This document shows positions 15,650 to 28,815 of a stretch of DNA of 64,000 bases, piece after piece. The notes beneath the pieces were generated by a model that was not told the DNA's origin, made no database searches, and was given only the letters and a program-made list of their open reading frames with translations. The stretch lies in the NCBI RefSeq assembly GCF_009914755.1, contig NC_060929.1; one strand, given 5' to 3'. The position numbers and the translations under genes are program-made. Positions within the stretch are counted from its first letter, which is position 1. Each line of letters opens with the position of its first letter. This DNA is from the human T2T-CHM13v2.0 reference genome, Homo sapiens.

Positions 15650-15880
15650 AATATTTACTGAGTAATGACAATGTGTCAGTCACTGTTCTAAGAGCTTTGC
15701 ATATATTATTTCATTAATCTCATAACAATCCTATGCGGTAGATAGTATTCTCTTAGGAAAATGAGGTGTAAAAGTACCAATTTGCCCACAGTCACATAGC
15801 TATTAAGTGGCAAAGCAGGGGTTTGCACCCTGGACATCTGATATCAGGGCCCAAGTTATTATTTATTCACTACCTTACTG
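15650..15880 (-). mobile_element. MIR
   Basis: taatctcataacaatcctatgcggtag...ttgcccacagtcacatagcta. Confidence 0.7.
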
Positions 15881-17182
15881 CCAACCAAGGTTTTAGGGAC
15901 CTCCTGTTCCATTCAAGGAACTAACTGCTTCACTATTGATTTTTTGATTAACACTTTTTCTTTAGAGACTACCACAAATGCTCAATAAATATTTATTACC
16001 TGAATAAATAAAAGACTTAACTGCTTATTTTCAATGCTTCTCCCTCATATCTTTTAATGTGTCTTTTCCTTTTAGAAACAAGGGCAAATTAAAATCACAA
16101 ATACCATTCTTACTCATTTCTGGGTGGTTAAGAGATAATCTCATTCTATGCTTAAGGAGAACATTGTAGCTTAAAACTTTTCACCTGTACTTTCTGAGCG
16201 AGGTGACCAATGTTGAACAGAAATGCAGATAGCTTTTTTTAGTATTTCATTGCATAGCCCTGATAGCATATTTGCTTTAAAGGAGGAATTTTTTCCATAA
16301 TAACACACAAGAATTAAACACTTCTTTTCTCCCACTTTTGGCAGAAGCAGCTCTATGCTCCCAGGCAGCTCAGATGATCAGTTATATGCCATGTAGTACC
16401 CTGCCAGCCCTGAGAACCAGATCTATTGAAGCTACCTATGCCCATCAAAGCTTACTATTCTGTCTCTTAGTCTGTCAGATTTCTGACAACAAATTAACAG
16501 GAGGTCAAGCATATCAACAGATTATACATCTTAGGCGCAGCGTGCTTGATTTACAGTGAAAAGTTAGTGGATATAATATGCTAACACAATAAACAGTTGT
16601 TGCAGCTTCAAATACCATGATATGTTGACGGTTTTTGCATTATTTTGTGACAGGTAGGTTCTAGCCTCACTTCACATCACATTCTATAAATAACATTAAA
16701 GAATAATTTTAAAGACACCAACACATGTAAATAAATGTACAAAAATAAGACAGAAAAAAAAATCTTGAACTTTTAAATAAAAACAGTCATGAATTTTTAA
16801 TAGTCTATGAAAAAATAGTGTGGTAGGAATAAAACGATTACGGAAATGAAAGTCTGTTAATGTAGACAACTTTTTGTGGCACAGTTCAGGTATATGTACT
16901 GCGTCAATGTGGTGAAGAACCTTTGTATGTTACAGATATATAACAATACCAGAGAAAAACATACAGATGATAATTAAGTGTGGACAACAAGGGAAAAAAA
17001 TTGAGAAGATAATGGTTTGAGTAAATTATTTAAAAAATTAAAAGGTCTTAGCTAAATTGGGCTTGTTCTTAGAGAAGAATCTGTTCAAAACTAAGAATCC
17101 ACTTCAAGTATTTACATTTTAATAAAAAAGATACAATGGCAACATAAGAAAACCGAGCTGGTGGATTTTAAAAATAACTTAC

Positions 17183-17289
17183 ACTGATGACTGAAGAGGA
17201 AGTTGACAAGTGTAAACCTTCAAGATCAGCCATCAAACTTGGAGAAAGAGCTGGTGTGGGAAGTGCAACTGGAGTGGATACTGGGTTAA
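17183..17289 (-). CDS. AP3B1: AP3B1 coding exon (exon 22), 107 bp, phase 1 to 0
   Basis: (F)NPVSTPVALPTPALSPSLMADLEGLHLSTSSSVIS; acceptor ttcttacAG, donor AGT|GTAAGT. Confidence 0.96.
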
Positions 17290-17977
17290 CTGTAAGAAAA
17301 GGCCCAAATTAGTAAATGTGCATGAACGTTTAATTCAAATTATTAAAAGCAACATTTTTATTTTGTTAGTAAATCTAATTAAATTACTTTGATTAATAAA
17401 TGTATGACAATTCTATTTAACATCTTGATTTAGTCAACTTATTATCAAGTCATGGCAGTTATTAGTCTTAGCTTTCAAAACATAATGGCAAATCCTATAA
17501 CAAAATAAGGATATAAATATCTTGAGTAATAGTTTGTGAAAATTTTTATCACATAACATTATCACTAACATTTATCACCCAGTAATCTCCCTAAAAAAGT
17601 AAAGAAACATTTTTTTTCCAGACTATCATAAGAATAACAACCGCTTCCAAGAGAATGCTGCAGTGGAATTAGAAGTCTTGAAAGATGTTCAAATCCTATA
17701 TCTATTTTATTCTCCACTCTAATCAGGCTACCTAATTCCCTTGTAATTATACTTTTTCAGCAAAAGCTATGTGCTAGATAGAAATGTTTGACTGATTCTA
17801 AAACTGCTATATACTTGAGAACTGATACCTGTAAGTTTGGAAATCTTCTAAAAATGCAAGTCTGGTCATGTTACTCCCCTGCTTAAGACTCTTCAAAGGC
17901 TCATAACTGCCTACAAGATAAAAGCCCAACTCCTCAATTAAGTTCACAAAGTCCTCTATGGTCTGCCCCAGCCCAAA

Positions 17978-18148
17978 CAGCCCTTCCTATGCTAATGGAA
18001 ATGTTCTACATTTGATAAAGTGGACACTAGCCACATATGCCTAACATACTCTTGATATGTGGCTAGTATGACTAAATAAATGCATTTTAAACTTTGCATA
18101 ATTTAAGTAATTACATGTGGCTTGTGGCCGCCATACTGGACTATTCAG
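17978..18148. mobile_element. MER3-like hAT DNA transposon
   Basis: atggaaatgttctaca...cactagccacatatg...atgtggctagt...catgtggcttgtggccgccatactggac. Confidence 0.7.
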
Positions 18149-18596
18149 GTCCAGCTTATCTCCAATTTCAGCATTGTTATGCACTAGCTCTATGGGATAA
18201 TAGTTCCCAAGATCTTGTTCTACGTCTTGGAGCCTTTTATATTCTACTCTGTTTGCCTACTTCTCTGCCTTGCTCATCTTGCAACTTCGATCTGGCAAGC
18301 TACCCTTTAAAAGGAAAACACTCTCTGGCTCACCTGCAAACAGCTTATATGTGCCTTCTTTGTTCCACAGATATACTTGAACAAACTTCTATAACTGTAC
18401 TTCTCATGTAATACAAATTTGTGTCTTTACATGTTTGCATTTCTGCTAGTCTGTGTGAACAGACAATAACATTAATTTTTGGTGTTTCTAAACCATTTGA
18501 ATAAAATACATTACAATGTGGTCAAGTTTTAGCTTCCAACAAATTCTCATTCCAAGATAATACCCTAAAGGGAATAACATTTAGTTAATTTGACAT

Positions 18597-18875
18597 TTCT
18601 TTTTTTATTTTTATTTTTGGAGATAGGGTCTTGCTCTGTTGCCCAGGCTGGAGTAAAGCGGTGCAATCCCTTCCTGGGCCCAAGCAATCTCAGCCTCCTG
18701 AGTAAGTGCATGCCACCATACCCAGCCTTTTTTTTTTATTTTTTATTTTATTTTTTTTTAGAGATGGGATCTCCCCATGTTGTCCAGGCTGGTCGCTAAC
18801 TCCTAGGCTCAGGCAATCTTCCTACCTTGGCCTCCCAAACTGCTGGGATTACAGGCGTGTGCCACGACACCCAGC
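18597..18875 (-). mobile_element. Degenerate AluJ
   Basis: gggtcttgctctgttgcccaggctgg...ctgggattacaggcgtg. Confidence 0.85.
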
Positions 18876-20444
18876 TGTGACATTACTTTTCAAAGCATCT
18901 TTTTCTCATTTCAGTCTCACAATATCCAGTGAACAAGGCAGAACAAATATTAATCCGTAAAGTTAACAACAAATATTTATTCTGAAAGGTAGCAAGTGAG
19001 AGACAAAAAAGTTCAAGATCCTCAAGTAACAAAACCTAATTAAGAAAAAGAGATACATGTATTTGACAAAAAAAAAAAAAAAAAAGTAACAATACAGTCC
19101 ATAAATGATACGGCCAAAGAAGAAAAATTTCAAAGGAAACACTAAACAAAATCTCAACATATATAATAGAGAAAGCAGCCTGGAGGTTGGATGGGGAGGG
19201 AGTGGAGCTCTTGGTCTTCCCTACGCTCACTTAGTACGGCTGAAGCACAGCTTCAAACCCCCAGGCTTCCTTAGACCCACACTGAAAACCCCGGTACAGT
19301 TTAGCAAGTGTCACAGAGTCAGGGGCAAAACAAGGATCACTGGAGAAGGAGTGGAAGAGGAGGCTTCATGAACAGGAGGGAATGAAGTCCAATTTTTAAG
19401 TAAGAGTGAGATTTGAATAAGAGGAAAGAAAGAAGCCAGTTAATTGTTGGATAACAGAATGCTATAAACAAAGGCTGAGAGGTAGGAAATTGAAAAACTA
19501 AGGGGACTGGATTTATCCTATAGACCAAGGGGAACAGTCAAAAATCGATCAAACAGAGGAATGACAATGAATATGGTCCTGCAGGATGGTTAATCAGATG
19601 GCAGTACAATGCACAGACTGAAGGCAGGGTTGGGAGTAGGGAAGAATTTACAATAGTTTAGGAATGAAGTGAAAAAGACTAAAGTAAGCCAATGGCAATG
19701 AGAAGGCTTAAAAAGAGCATTTAATATTGAAGACACTGGAAACTGAGCCACAGGGAGATTAATATTGACAAGGTCATAAAAAGTGAATGGTAGAACCACT
19801 ATAGAATTAGAAACTGCTTCTTCTAACTTGGATCATAATATGTTGCCTTCCCATGCAACACGTAACTTTTCAGGTAAGTTCTAAATGCATGTTTATTCAT
19901 TCCTTTGTACATCTATCTACCCACCCGTCCACCATCTGTCCTTTCAAAATATTAGAATGCCCATGTAACGAATAAAAAACTGAATAAGAAACAGCCTCTG
20001 ATTTCAACTGTGGCTTGGCTAAATACCATCAAGAGACAAGAGAAGAAACTTCACACCACAAGCAAGTTCTGCTGTTTTTTAAAAAAGGATGGGTTTTAAT
20101 ATAATTTCAGAAGATGTGTGCTCTGGTATTAAAGAGATGATTATGCATCTGTTTGCAGGTATGGCAAGATGAAAGTTGGCATTGAAAGCTTACCCTAAAG
20201 TGAATTCTGAGGCTAGGTGACTGTGCTGAAGTATTTAATTAGTAATGTGTAAAAACAAAGTGACTCTATGGGGTTTTTAAAAAAAATGTCATAGTATACA
20301 AGTTAAAATGAAATATCATGCCCACCTGGCAAATTAGAAAAGGTAATTTTAAAATACAAAATCTAGCATTGGTGAAGGTACAAGGAATATAGCACCCTCA
20401 TATTAATACTGTGTAAGCTGGTACAAGCTTTCTGAAAGGCAATT

Positions 20445-20917
<473 letters not shown>

Positions 20918-20984
20918 TAAATCTGTTAAACAGAATTTGTTCTAACAGGATAAAGGACAACCATACAGTTATAAAGAACGTAGG

Positions 20985-21143
20985 TTTTGTTTTGTTTTTG
21001 GAAATAGGGTCTTGCTCTGTCACTCAGGCTGGAGTGCAATGGCACAATTGCAGCTCACTACAGCCTTGACCTCCTGGGGCTTAAGCAATCCTCCCGCCTT
21101 GGCCTCCAAAGTGCTAGATTATAGACATGAGCCACCACACCAA
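20985..21143 (-). mobile_element. Alu monomer (FRAM/AluJ fragment)
   Basis: Single reverse arm; flanking aagaac repeat. Confidence 0.8.
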
Positions 21144-21519
21144 CTAAGAACATGTACTTTAAACAGAGGAGAAAGCAAGTGATAAAACAGTTTCTCAGTA
21201 GAATCCAATTTGGAAGGGGGGATTTGCATATGAAGAGAATCTAAACTGATATGTCAGAATGTTAACCTGGGGTGTTTGGATTACAGGTTAATTTTATTTT
21301 CTTCTTTTTATTTTAAAAACTTTCTATAAAACTTTTTTCTTTTCTAAAAGTAGATCTAATACAGTAATTATTCAATTATTCTTCTGATCAAAGCTTTGCC
21401 TTAAGATTTAAGAATAAGAAAAACTGAATACATAATGGCTTAATATGTTGTTATTTAATTTGTAATTTGCTGCATCATCTGCATCATTGGCATCATCAGC
21501 ACCAGCATCATCACTAAAC

Positions 21520-21760
21520 CCAGTAATGCCTATCATGTGTTAGGCACAGTTCTAAATGCTTTTACGTATATCAAGTCATTTCATCCTTTGAGAATTAAAT
21601 GACTCCCAAAAGTATTTGTACCATCCCAATTTTATAGACAAAGCAGCTAAAGCATGGAGAGATTAAGTAAATTGCCCAAGATGTCACAACTAGTGAGTAA
21701 CAGAGCTGGGATTGAAACTCAGACAGCTTGCTCCACTGTCCTCTTAGTGACTCCACTCTA
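21520..21760 (-). mobile_element. MIR
   Basis: gagattaagtaaattgcccaagatgtcacaactagtgagtaacagagctgggattgaaactcagacag. Confidence 0.75.
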
Positions 21761-22455
21761 CTGCCTTGACCAAAATTCACTCAACAATGTGATATCACAT
21801 ATCATAAGGCTTATTTGAAGTATGATTATTGTTGGCTGACAGAGATTTTTTAAATATTTCACTGTCAGTTGTACTAACAATGTAATGACATAGGTTTACA
21901 TTTCCTATAAAAGAACACTAGAATATGATCACTGATTTGTGATCGTCCTACTGAGAGCACATGGTATGGGGTCCTAAAATATATTGTTTAATTTCCAGGA
22001 ATATAAAATATGCCTGAAACATAGAAAGCATATTGATATCTCTAAGTCTAACAAAAGACTGTTAGGTCATATATTATCCTAGAACAAATGTTTTCTTATG
22101 TATTGTTAACTGACCCCCATGAAAAAGAGTCATATAACTTAATGATCTAAAGAAACTGTGGAAGTTTTATAGTCTTTAAAAAAATTACAAATGAATAAAA
22201 TGAGACACAAAGAAACCACTAAACCGATTAAAAGCATAGGACTAATACCTGTGCTCATGATAACATTCCCTCAACAGATATAATAGAGAAATAGTAAGAG
22301 AAATAACCAAATTGTTTTGTAGTAGAGTCAGTCTATTGCTAGGGTTGCTGCCTTAGAGACAGACAATCATTATTTCTGGTAGTAGCAAGCTCTTTCCCTC
22401 CTCCATAACTTTATTCTGCCTAGTATACCCTCCCCTCATGCCTCTAACAGCTTGA

Positions 22456-22879
<424 letters not shown>

Positions 22880-23793
22880 TAATGCGGCAATCTAATTGCC
22901 AGTTTATCTGTTTTTCCCATTACACTTTGAGAGTTCCTTGGGTAGGGACAATATTTTATTCATTTAGAATCTCCAGTATGTAGCAGATTACAAAGATCAC
23001 AGCAAGTATTAAATTAACATTTCCTGAATGAAGAAATGAAGAAATTCAGTACTTGCAGTCTTCCTGGTATGCACTGTGTACCTAGCAAACAACCTGTGTG
23101 GATTATGATGTGCCTCTTAGATAAACCACAGGGAATGTGTCTGGCCTTCTTTCAAGATTAATCTAATTCTCACAGTTGAGAACTAAAGCCACTGGAGAGT
23201 AACATTTTAGTATCTGAGCAACAAACTGCATGCCATGGGCAATGGAGAACCATTGCAGGCTAATAGGAGGCATACAGTGAAGTTGGCACTCTGCTTGTCT
23301 TTATCTCTAAGCTCAGATCATGGTTCCTTCACAAGGTTTTTGTAGTTTTTTAATTTGGGGTTAATGAAAACCCTGAAGAGGGGTTTTCATCTCCCTCTCT
23401 GTTTCTTCACTATACTTTGCATCTCTATTTTCTCTCGTATGCAATAGTTATTTGTCCTGTTATCTGTGTCTCTGACTAGATTTTAGTTTTTGGAAGGGAA
23501 TGACTAAATTCTATTTATCTATTACAGCACCTACTAAAGTACCTTGCACTTAGCAGACAATCCAGAAAACACAGGCTGAACTGACTTGTTAACAAGAGAG
23601 TTTCAAGTGTCGTTTCTGACAAAAGCAGGACTATGAAAGATTTTTAAAGAAATAGCACTTGGGTATTAAAAACAAAGAGAAACACTATATCCTATATTGA
23701 GTTAAAAAATGTAGGTTGGGATCAAAGTTCCCTTAAAATTCAAAAAAACTTTCATTTCAATTCTTAAAAACTTGATTTTTTTAAAAAGCTTGT

Positions 23794-26100
23794 GTCCCTG
23801 TCCCTCTCCCTTTCCCTCTCCCTCTCCCCACGGTCTCCCTCTGATGCCGAGCTGAAGCTGGACTGTACTGCTGCCATCTCGGCTCACTGCAACCTCCCTG
23901 CCTGATTCTCCTGCCTCAGCCTGCCGAGTGCCTGCGATGGCAGGCGCGCGCCGCCATGCCTGGCTGGTTTTCGTATTTTTTTGGTGGAGACGGGGTTTCG
24001 CTGTGTTGGCCGGGCTGATCTCCAGCTCCTAACCGCGAGTGATCCGCCAGCCTTGGCCTCCAGAGGTGCCGGGATTGCAGACAGTGTCTGGTTCACTTAG
24101 TGCTCAATGGTGCCCAGGCTGGAGTGCAGTGGCATGATCTTGGCTCGCTACAACCTCCACCTCCCAGCCACCTGCCTTGGCCTCCCAAAGCGTCCAGAGT
24201 GCAGCCTCTGCCCGGCCGCCACCCCGTCTAGGAAGTGAGGAGCGTCTCTGCCTGGCCGCCCATCGTCTGGGATGTGAGGAGCCCCTCTGCCTGGCTGCCC
24301 AGTCTGGAAAGTGAGGAGCGTCTCTGCCCGGCCACCATCCCATCTAGGAAGTGAGGAGCGTCTCTGCCCGGCCGCCCATCGTCTGAGATGTGGGGAGCGC
24401 CTTTGCCCCGCCGCCCCATCTGGGATGTGAGGAGCGCCTCTGCCCGGCCGCGACTCCGTCTGGGAGGTGAGGAGCGTCTCTGCCCAGCCGCCCCATCTGA
24501 GAAGGGAGGAGACCCTCCACCCGGCAACTGCCCCGTCTGAGAAGTGAGGAGCCCCTCCGCCCGGCAGCCGCCCCGTCTGGGAAGTGAGGAGCGTCTCCGC
24601 CCGGCAGCCGCCCCGTCCGGGAGGGAGGGGGGGCTCAGCCCCCGCCAGGCCAGCCGCCCCGTCCGGGAGGGAGGTAGGGGGTCAGCCCCCCGCCCGGCCA
24701 GCCGCCCTGTCCGGGAGGTGAGGGGCGCCTCTGCCCAGCCGCCCCTACTGGGAAGTGAGGAGTCCCTCTGCCCGGCCAGCCGCCCTGTCCGGGAGGGAGG
24801 TGGGGGGGTCAGCCCCCCGCCCGGCCAGCCGCCCCGTCCGGGAGGGAGGTTGGGGGGTCAGCCCCCCGCCCGGCCAGCCGCCCCGTCCGGGAGGGAGGTA
24901 GGGGGTCAGCCCCCCACCCGGCCAGCCGCCCCGTCCGGGAGGTGAGGGGCGCCTCTGCCCAGCTGCCCCTACTGGGAAGTGAGGAGCCCCTCTGCCCGGC
25001 CAGCCACCCCGTCCGGGAGGGAGGTGGGGGGGTCAGCCCCCCGCCCGGCCAGCCACCCCGTCCGGGAGGGAGGTGGGGGGGTCAGCCCCCCGCCCGGCCA
25101 GCAGCCCCGTCCGGGAGGGAGGTGGGGGGGTCAGCCCCCTGCCCGGCCAGCCGCCCTGTCCGGGAGGGAGGTGGGGGGTCAGCCCCCCGCCCGGCCAGCC
25201 GCCTCGTCCGGGAGGTGAGGGGTGCCTCTGCCCGGCCGCCCCTACTGGGAAGTGAGGAGCCCCTCTGCCCGGCCAGCCGCCCCGTCCGGGAGGGAGGTGG
25301 GGGGGTCAGCCCCCCGCCCGGCCAGCCGCCCCGTCCGGGAGGGAGGTAGGGGGTCAGCCCCCCGCCCGGCCAGCCGCCCCGTCCGGGAGGGAGGTGGGGG
25401 GGTCAGCCCCCTGCCCGGCCAGCCGCCCCGTCCGGGAGGGAGGTGGGGGGGTCAGCCCCCCGCCCGGCCAGCCGCCTCGTCCAGGAGGTGAGGGGCGCCT
25501 CTGCCAGGCCGCCCCTACTGGGAAGTGAGGAGCCCCTCTGCCCGGCCACCACCCCGTCTGGGAGGTGTGCCCAACAGCTCATTGAGAACGGGCCATGATG
25601 ACAATGGTGGTTTTGTGGAATAGAAAGCGGGGAAAGGTGGGGAAAAGATTGAGAAATCGGATGGTTGCGGTGTCTGTGTAGAAAGAGGTAGACATGGGAG
25701 ACTTTTCATTTTGTTCTGTACTAAGAAAAATTCTTCTGCCTTGGGATCCTGTTGATCCTGTGACCTTACCCCCCAACCCTGTGCTCTCTGAAACATGTGC
25801 TGTGTCCACTCAGGGTTAAATGGATTAAGGGCGGTGCAAGATGTGCTTTGTTAAACAGATGCTTGAAGGCAGCATGCTCGTTAAGAGTCATCACCACTCC
25901 CTAATCTCAAGTACCCGGGGACACAAACACTGCGGAAGGCCGCAGGGTCCTCTGCCTAGGAAAACCAGAGACCTTTGTTCACTTGTTTATCTGCTGACCT
26001 TCCCTCCACTATTGTCCTATGACCCTGCCAAATCCCCCTCTGTGAGAAACACCCAAGAATGATCAATAAAAATAAAAATAAATAAATAAAAAATAAAAAA
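23794..26100 (+). mobile_element. Full-length SVA retrotransposon (probably SVA_D); antisense to AP3B1 (intron 21)
   Basis: Short CCCTCT hexamer head, antisense Alu-like domain, GC-rich VNTR, SINE-R, AATAAA plus A tail; TSD aaaaagcttgt at 23783-23793 and 26101-26111. Confidence 0.96.
24205..25565 (+). repeat. SVA VNTR (~35-50 bp GC-rich units, G-quadruplex-prone)
   Basis: Repeated gggaagtgaggagcgtctctgcccggccgcc and ccccgtccgggagggaggtgggggggtcagccccccgcccggccagcc units. Confidence 0.95.
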
Positions 26101-26732
26101 AAAAAGCTTGTATCTCAACATATAAAAATATACTTTTTTATAGAATGGAACTATAACAATTATGTCATTTTATAGGTTTTTCTTTTTTTACCGTAGTTGC
26201 CAGGAAATCCAGAGTTGAATATAAGAAGAAAAAGTTGTAATTAGTACACTCTAGTACCTTGTAACATTTACTCTTAGTTCCCTTTTAAATGTACTTTACT
26301 GTTATTCTTTTACAATTTTAAACTTTGTAAATTATGAAGGTTACAAACATACATATGTAAGATATTCAAATGTCACAGAAAGATACAAAATATAAAATGA
26401 AAGTCTTATTCTTGTCTGTTCCCAGGTTAGTCCTACATCACAAGGAGGCCAGAGCTAACCACTGAACAATGCTGCAATGAAATTTTTGTATATGCCCTTA
26501 TATGTTTTATTAATTCAAGCAATATTTACTGGGTGCCCACTAACTGCCAGGAGCCACTCTGTACACTAGGAATAGCAGTGAGCAACACAGAGACCCTGTC
26601 CTCATGGAACTTACATCTTAGTTGGGAGAAAGAGACAATAATCAAGTACCAAAATTTTAAGGTAATTTCAGATAGTGAAAAATGCCATGAAGACAAGAAT
26701 GACAAGAATAACAAGAATAACAAGAAGGTTTG

Positions 26733-27076
26733 TGCTATGGTCTGAACATTTATGTCCCTCCAAAATTCGTGTTGAAACCTAATCCAGACTATGGTGGGGC
26801 CTTTAGTAGGTAATTAGGTTATAGGGGTTCTACCCTCATGAATGGGATTATTGCCCTTATAAAAGTGGTATGAGGGATGGTGTTTCCTCCTTCTGTCACA
26901 TGAGGAAACAGAAGTCACTATCTCTGAAGCAGAGCTAGCCCTCACCTATCATCAAATACGCTGGCACCTTGATCTTGGACTTCCCAGCCTCCAGAACTAC
27001 GAACAACTAATTTCTGCTGTTTATAAATTACCCAGTCTAACGTATTCTGTTATGCCAGCTCAAAGGGACTAGGACA
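26733..27076 (+). mobile_element. Solo MaLR LTR, MLT1A-like, inserted in an L2 relic
   Basis: tgctatggtctgaa...ggcaccttgatcttggacttcccagcctccagaact...ggactaggaca; TG...CA ends; near-perfect 5-bp TSD gtttg/gtgtg. Confidence 0.85.
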
Positions 27077-27404
27077 GTGTGTAAGAGTAGGTGACTTCTG
27101 AGTTGGGGAAGTAAGGATCAGTCAATTGTTCTCAGCAGGGGAACAGCAGTAGAAAGGCCCTTGGCAGAAATGAGCCTGGTATGTGTGACAAATGCATAAA
27201 AACAGAGTAGGATGAAATGTGGATAACAAGAAGACAGGGGTCAGATCATCTACAGTCTGAGAAACCTGGGAAAGGAGTATGGGCTTTCATCTAAATGCAA
27301 AATTAAGCCATTAAATTCAAGGGTTTAAAACAAGAAAGAAATAAGATCTGATTTTATCAGTAGTTTATCAGTAGGATAAATTTCTGGAAAAGAACTGCTA
27401 GGTC

Positions 27405-27689
27405 AGTGGGGCGTGGTGGCTCACACCTGTAATCCCAGCACGTTGGGAAGCCGAGGTGGGTGGATCACGAGGTCAGGAAATCAAGATCATCCTGGCTAAC
27501 ACAGTGAAACCCGCCTCTACTAAAAAAAAATACAAAAAATTAGCTGGGCGTGATGGTAGTCCCAGCTACTCAGGAGGCTGAGGCAGGAGAACTGCTCGAA
27601 CCCAGAAGGTGGAGGTTGCAGTGAGCCGAGGTAGTGCCACTACACTCCAGCCTGGGCAACAAAGTGAGATTCCGTCTCGGGGGGCGGGG
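27405..27689 (+). mobile_element. AluSc/Y-like with G-run in place of poly(A) tail
   Basis: ggatcacgaggtcagg, atcctggctaacac; TSD aagaactgctaggt at 27390-27403 and 27690-27703. Confidence 0.88.
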
Positions 27690-28742
27690 AAGAACTGCTA
27701 GGTGAAAGGGTATGTGCAATTTAAGTTTTGATAGATATTGCTAAAATGACTCCAAAGAGCTGTACCTATTTATATTCCTATCAAAAACATGTACTTCTGT
27801 TTCTCCAAATCTTAGCAACACTGGATGATACCAAACCTCAAAATCTTAGCCAATGTGTAAAACATGATTCAAATTTAACTCCAATTTTATTTTTAGTTTC
27901 TCTGTTATTTCTCTCTATTATATATTTTAATTTCTCTATATTAAGTATATGCCATGGCTACTGGGGACAGGGCAGGTAACAGTATAAACAGAACAGATCT
28001 ATGACAGAATGAGATAACCTAAAACATAACTCACTCTCAGCATAGAAAAACTCTATCAAAAATGATAGTAGTTTAATATTCATGAAATCTCACTTCTTGT
28101 TACTCTTCTCCTAGTGCAACAAAGTACCACTATCTCTCTCTCACTATGCAGGAGGATTTAAGGGGAGGTGGTAAATACATATATCTTTGTACACTTGGGT
28201 GAATATATTTGTAGGATTCTGAATTCTTAGATTTGCTGGGACAAAGATTTTTTGCAGTTAAAAGACTGAGAGGTATAGCCAAACTGGCCTCCAAAGGCTT
28301 TGTAACCCATTTCCATTCCTACTGAAATTGTGCCAAGTGGAAGATGGTGATGTCCTTTCCATTTTTATTTACATTCCTTAATCCTCTACCTCCTTAAGTT
28401 ACATGTGTCAATCCCCATAATCCACATTTCACAATGTAGAAGTTATAAGGTATGGATGACTATTTAGCAAACAAGTATAAATTACTAAAGCAAAAGATTT
28501 TAAAATGAATTTTGTGTACTTGTATTTGGCCATCTATATTTGTTCATGTGATAATGAAGTGATATGCTGAATAGATGAAAGAAACAAATACCACTGATTT
28601 CCAAAACTTTCTTGCCTTATTCATCTATAAGTCTTTCACAATAAATATTGATATATTTTGGGACATGTAAATGAAAGGTACTATAAAAATAAAAAATACT
28701 CTTACTAAACACAGAAGAAATATTTTAAATTACAATACTTAC

Positions 28743-28815
28743 AATCATCCAGATCTAGAAGTGAAACATCTTTGGTAAGAGGAGTTCTATCTTGCTTTGT
28801 TTTCTTTTCTTTCTC
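28743..28815 (-). CDS. AP3B1: AP3B1 coding exon (exon 21), 73 bp, phase 0 to 1; contains the SLLDLD clathrin-box motif
   Basis: EKEKKTKQDRTPLTKDVSLLDLDD; acceptor attttatAG, donor T|GTAAGT. Confidence 0.96.

Noticed and set aside
23364-23390. Short hairpin atgaaaaccc/gggttttcat (similarly 39179-39197)
   Set aside because: 8-10 bp arms with no supporting context; plausible by chance in 64 kb
24104-26062. Cluster of Pro/Gly/Arg-rich ORFs
   Set aside because: Translations of the SVA VNTR and SINE-R; stop-poor because of GC content
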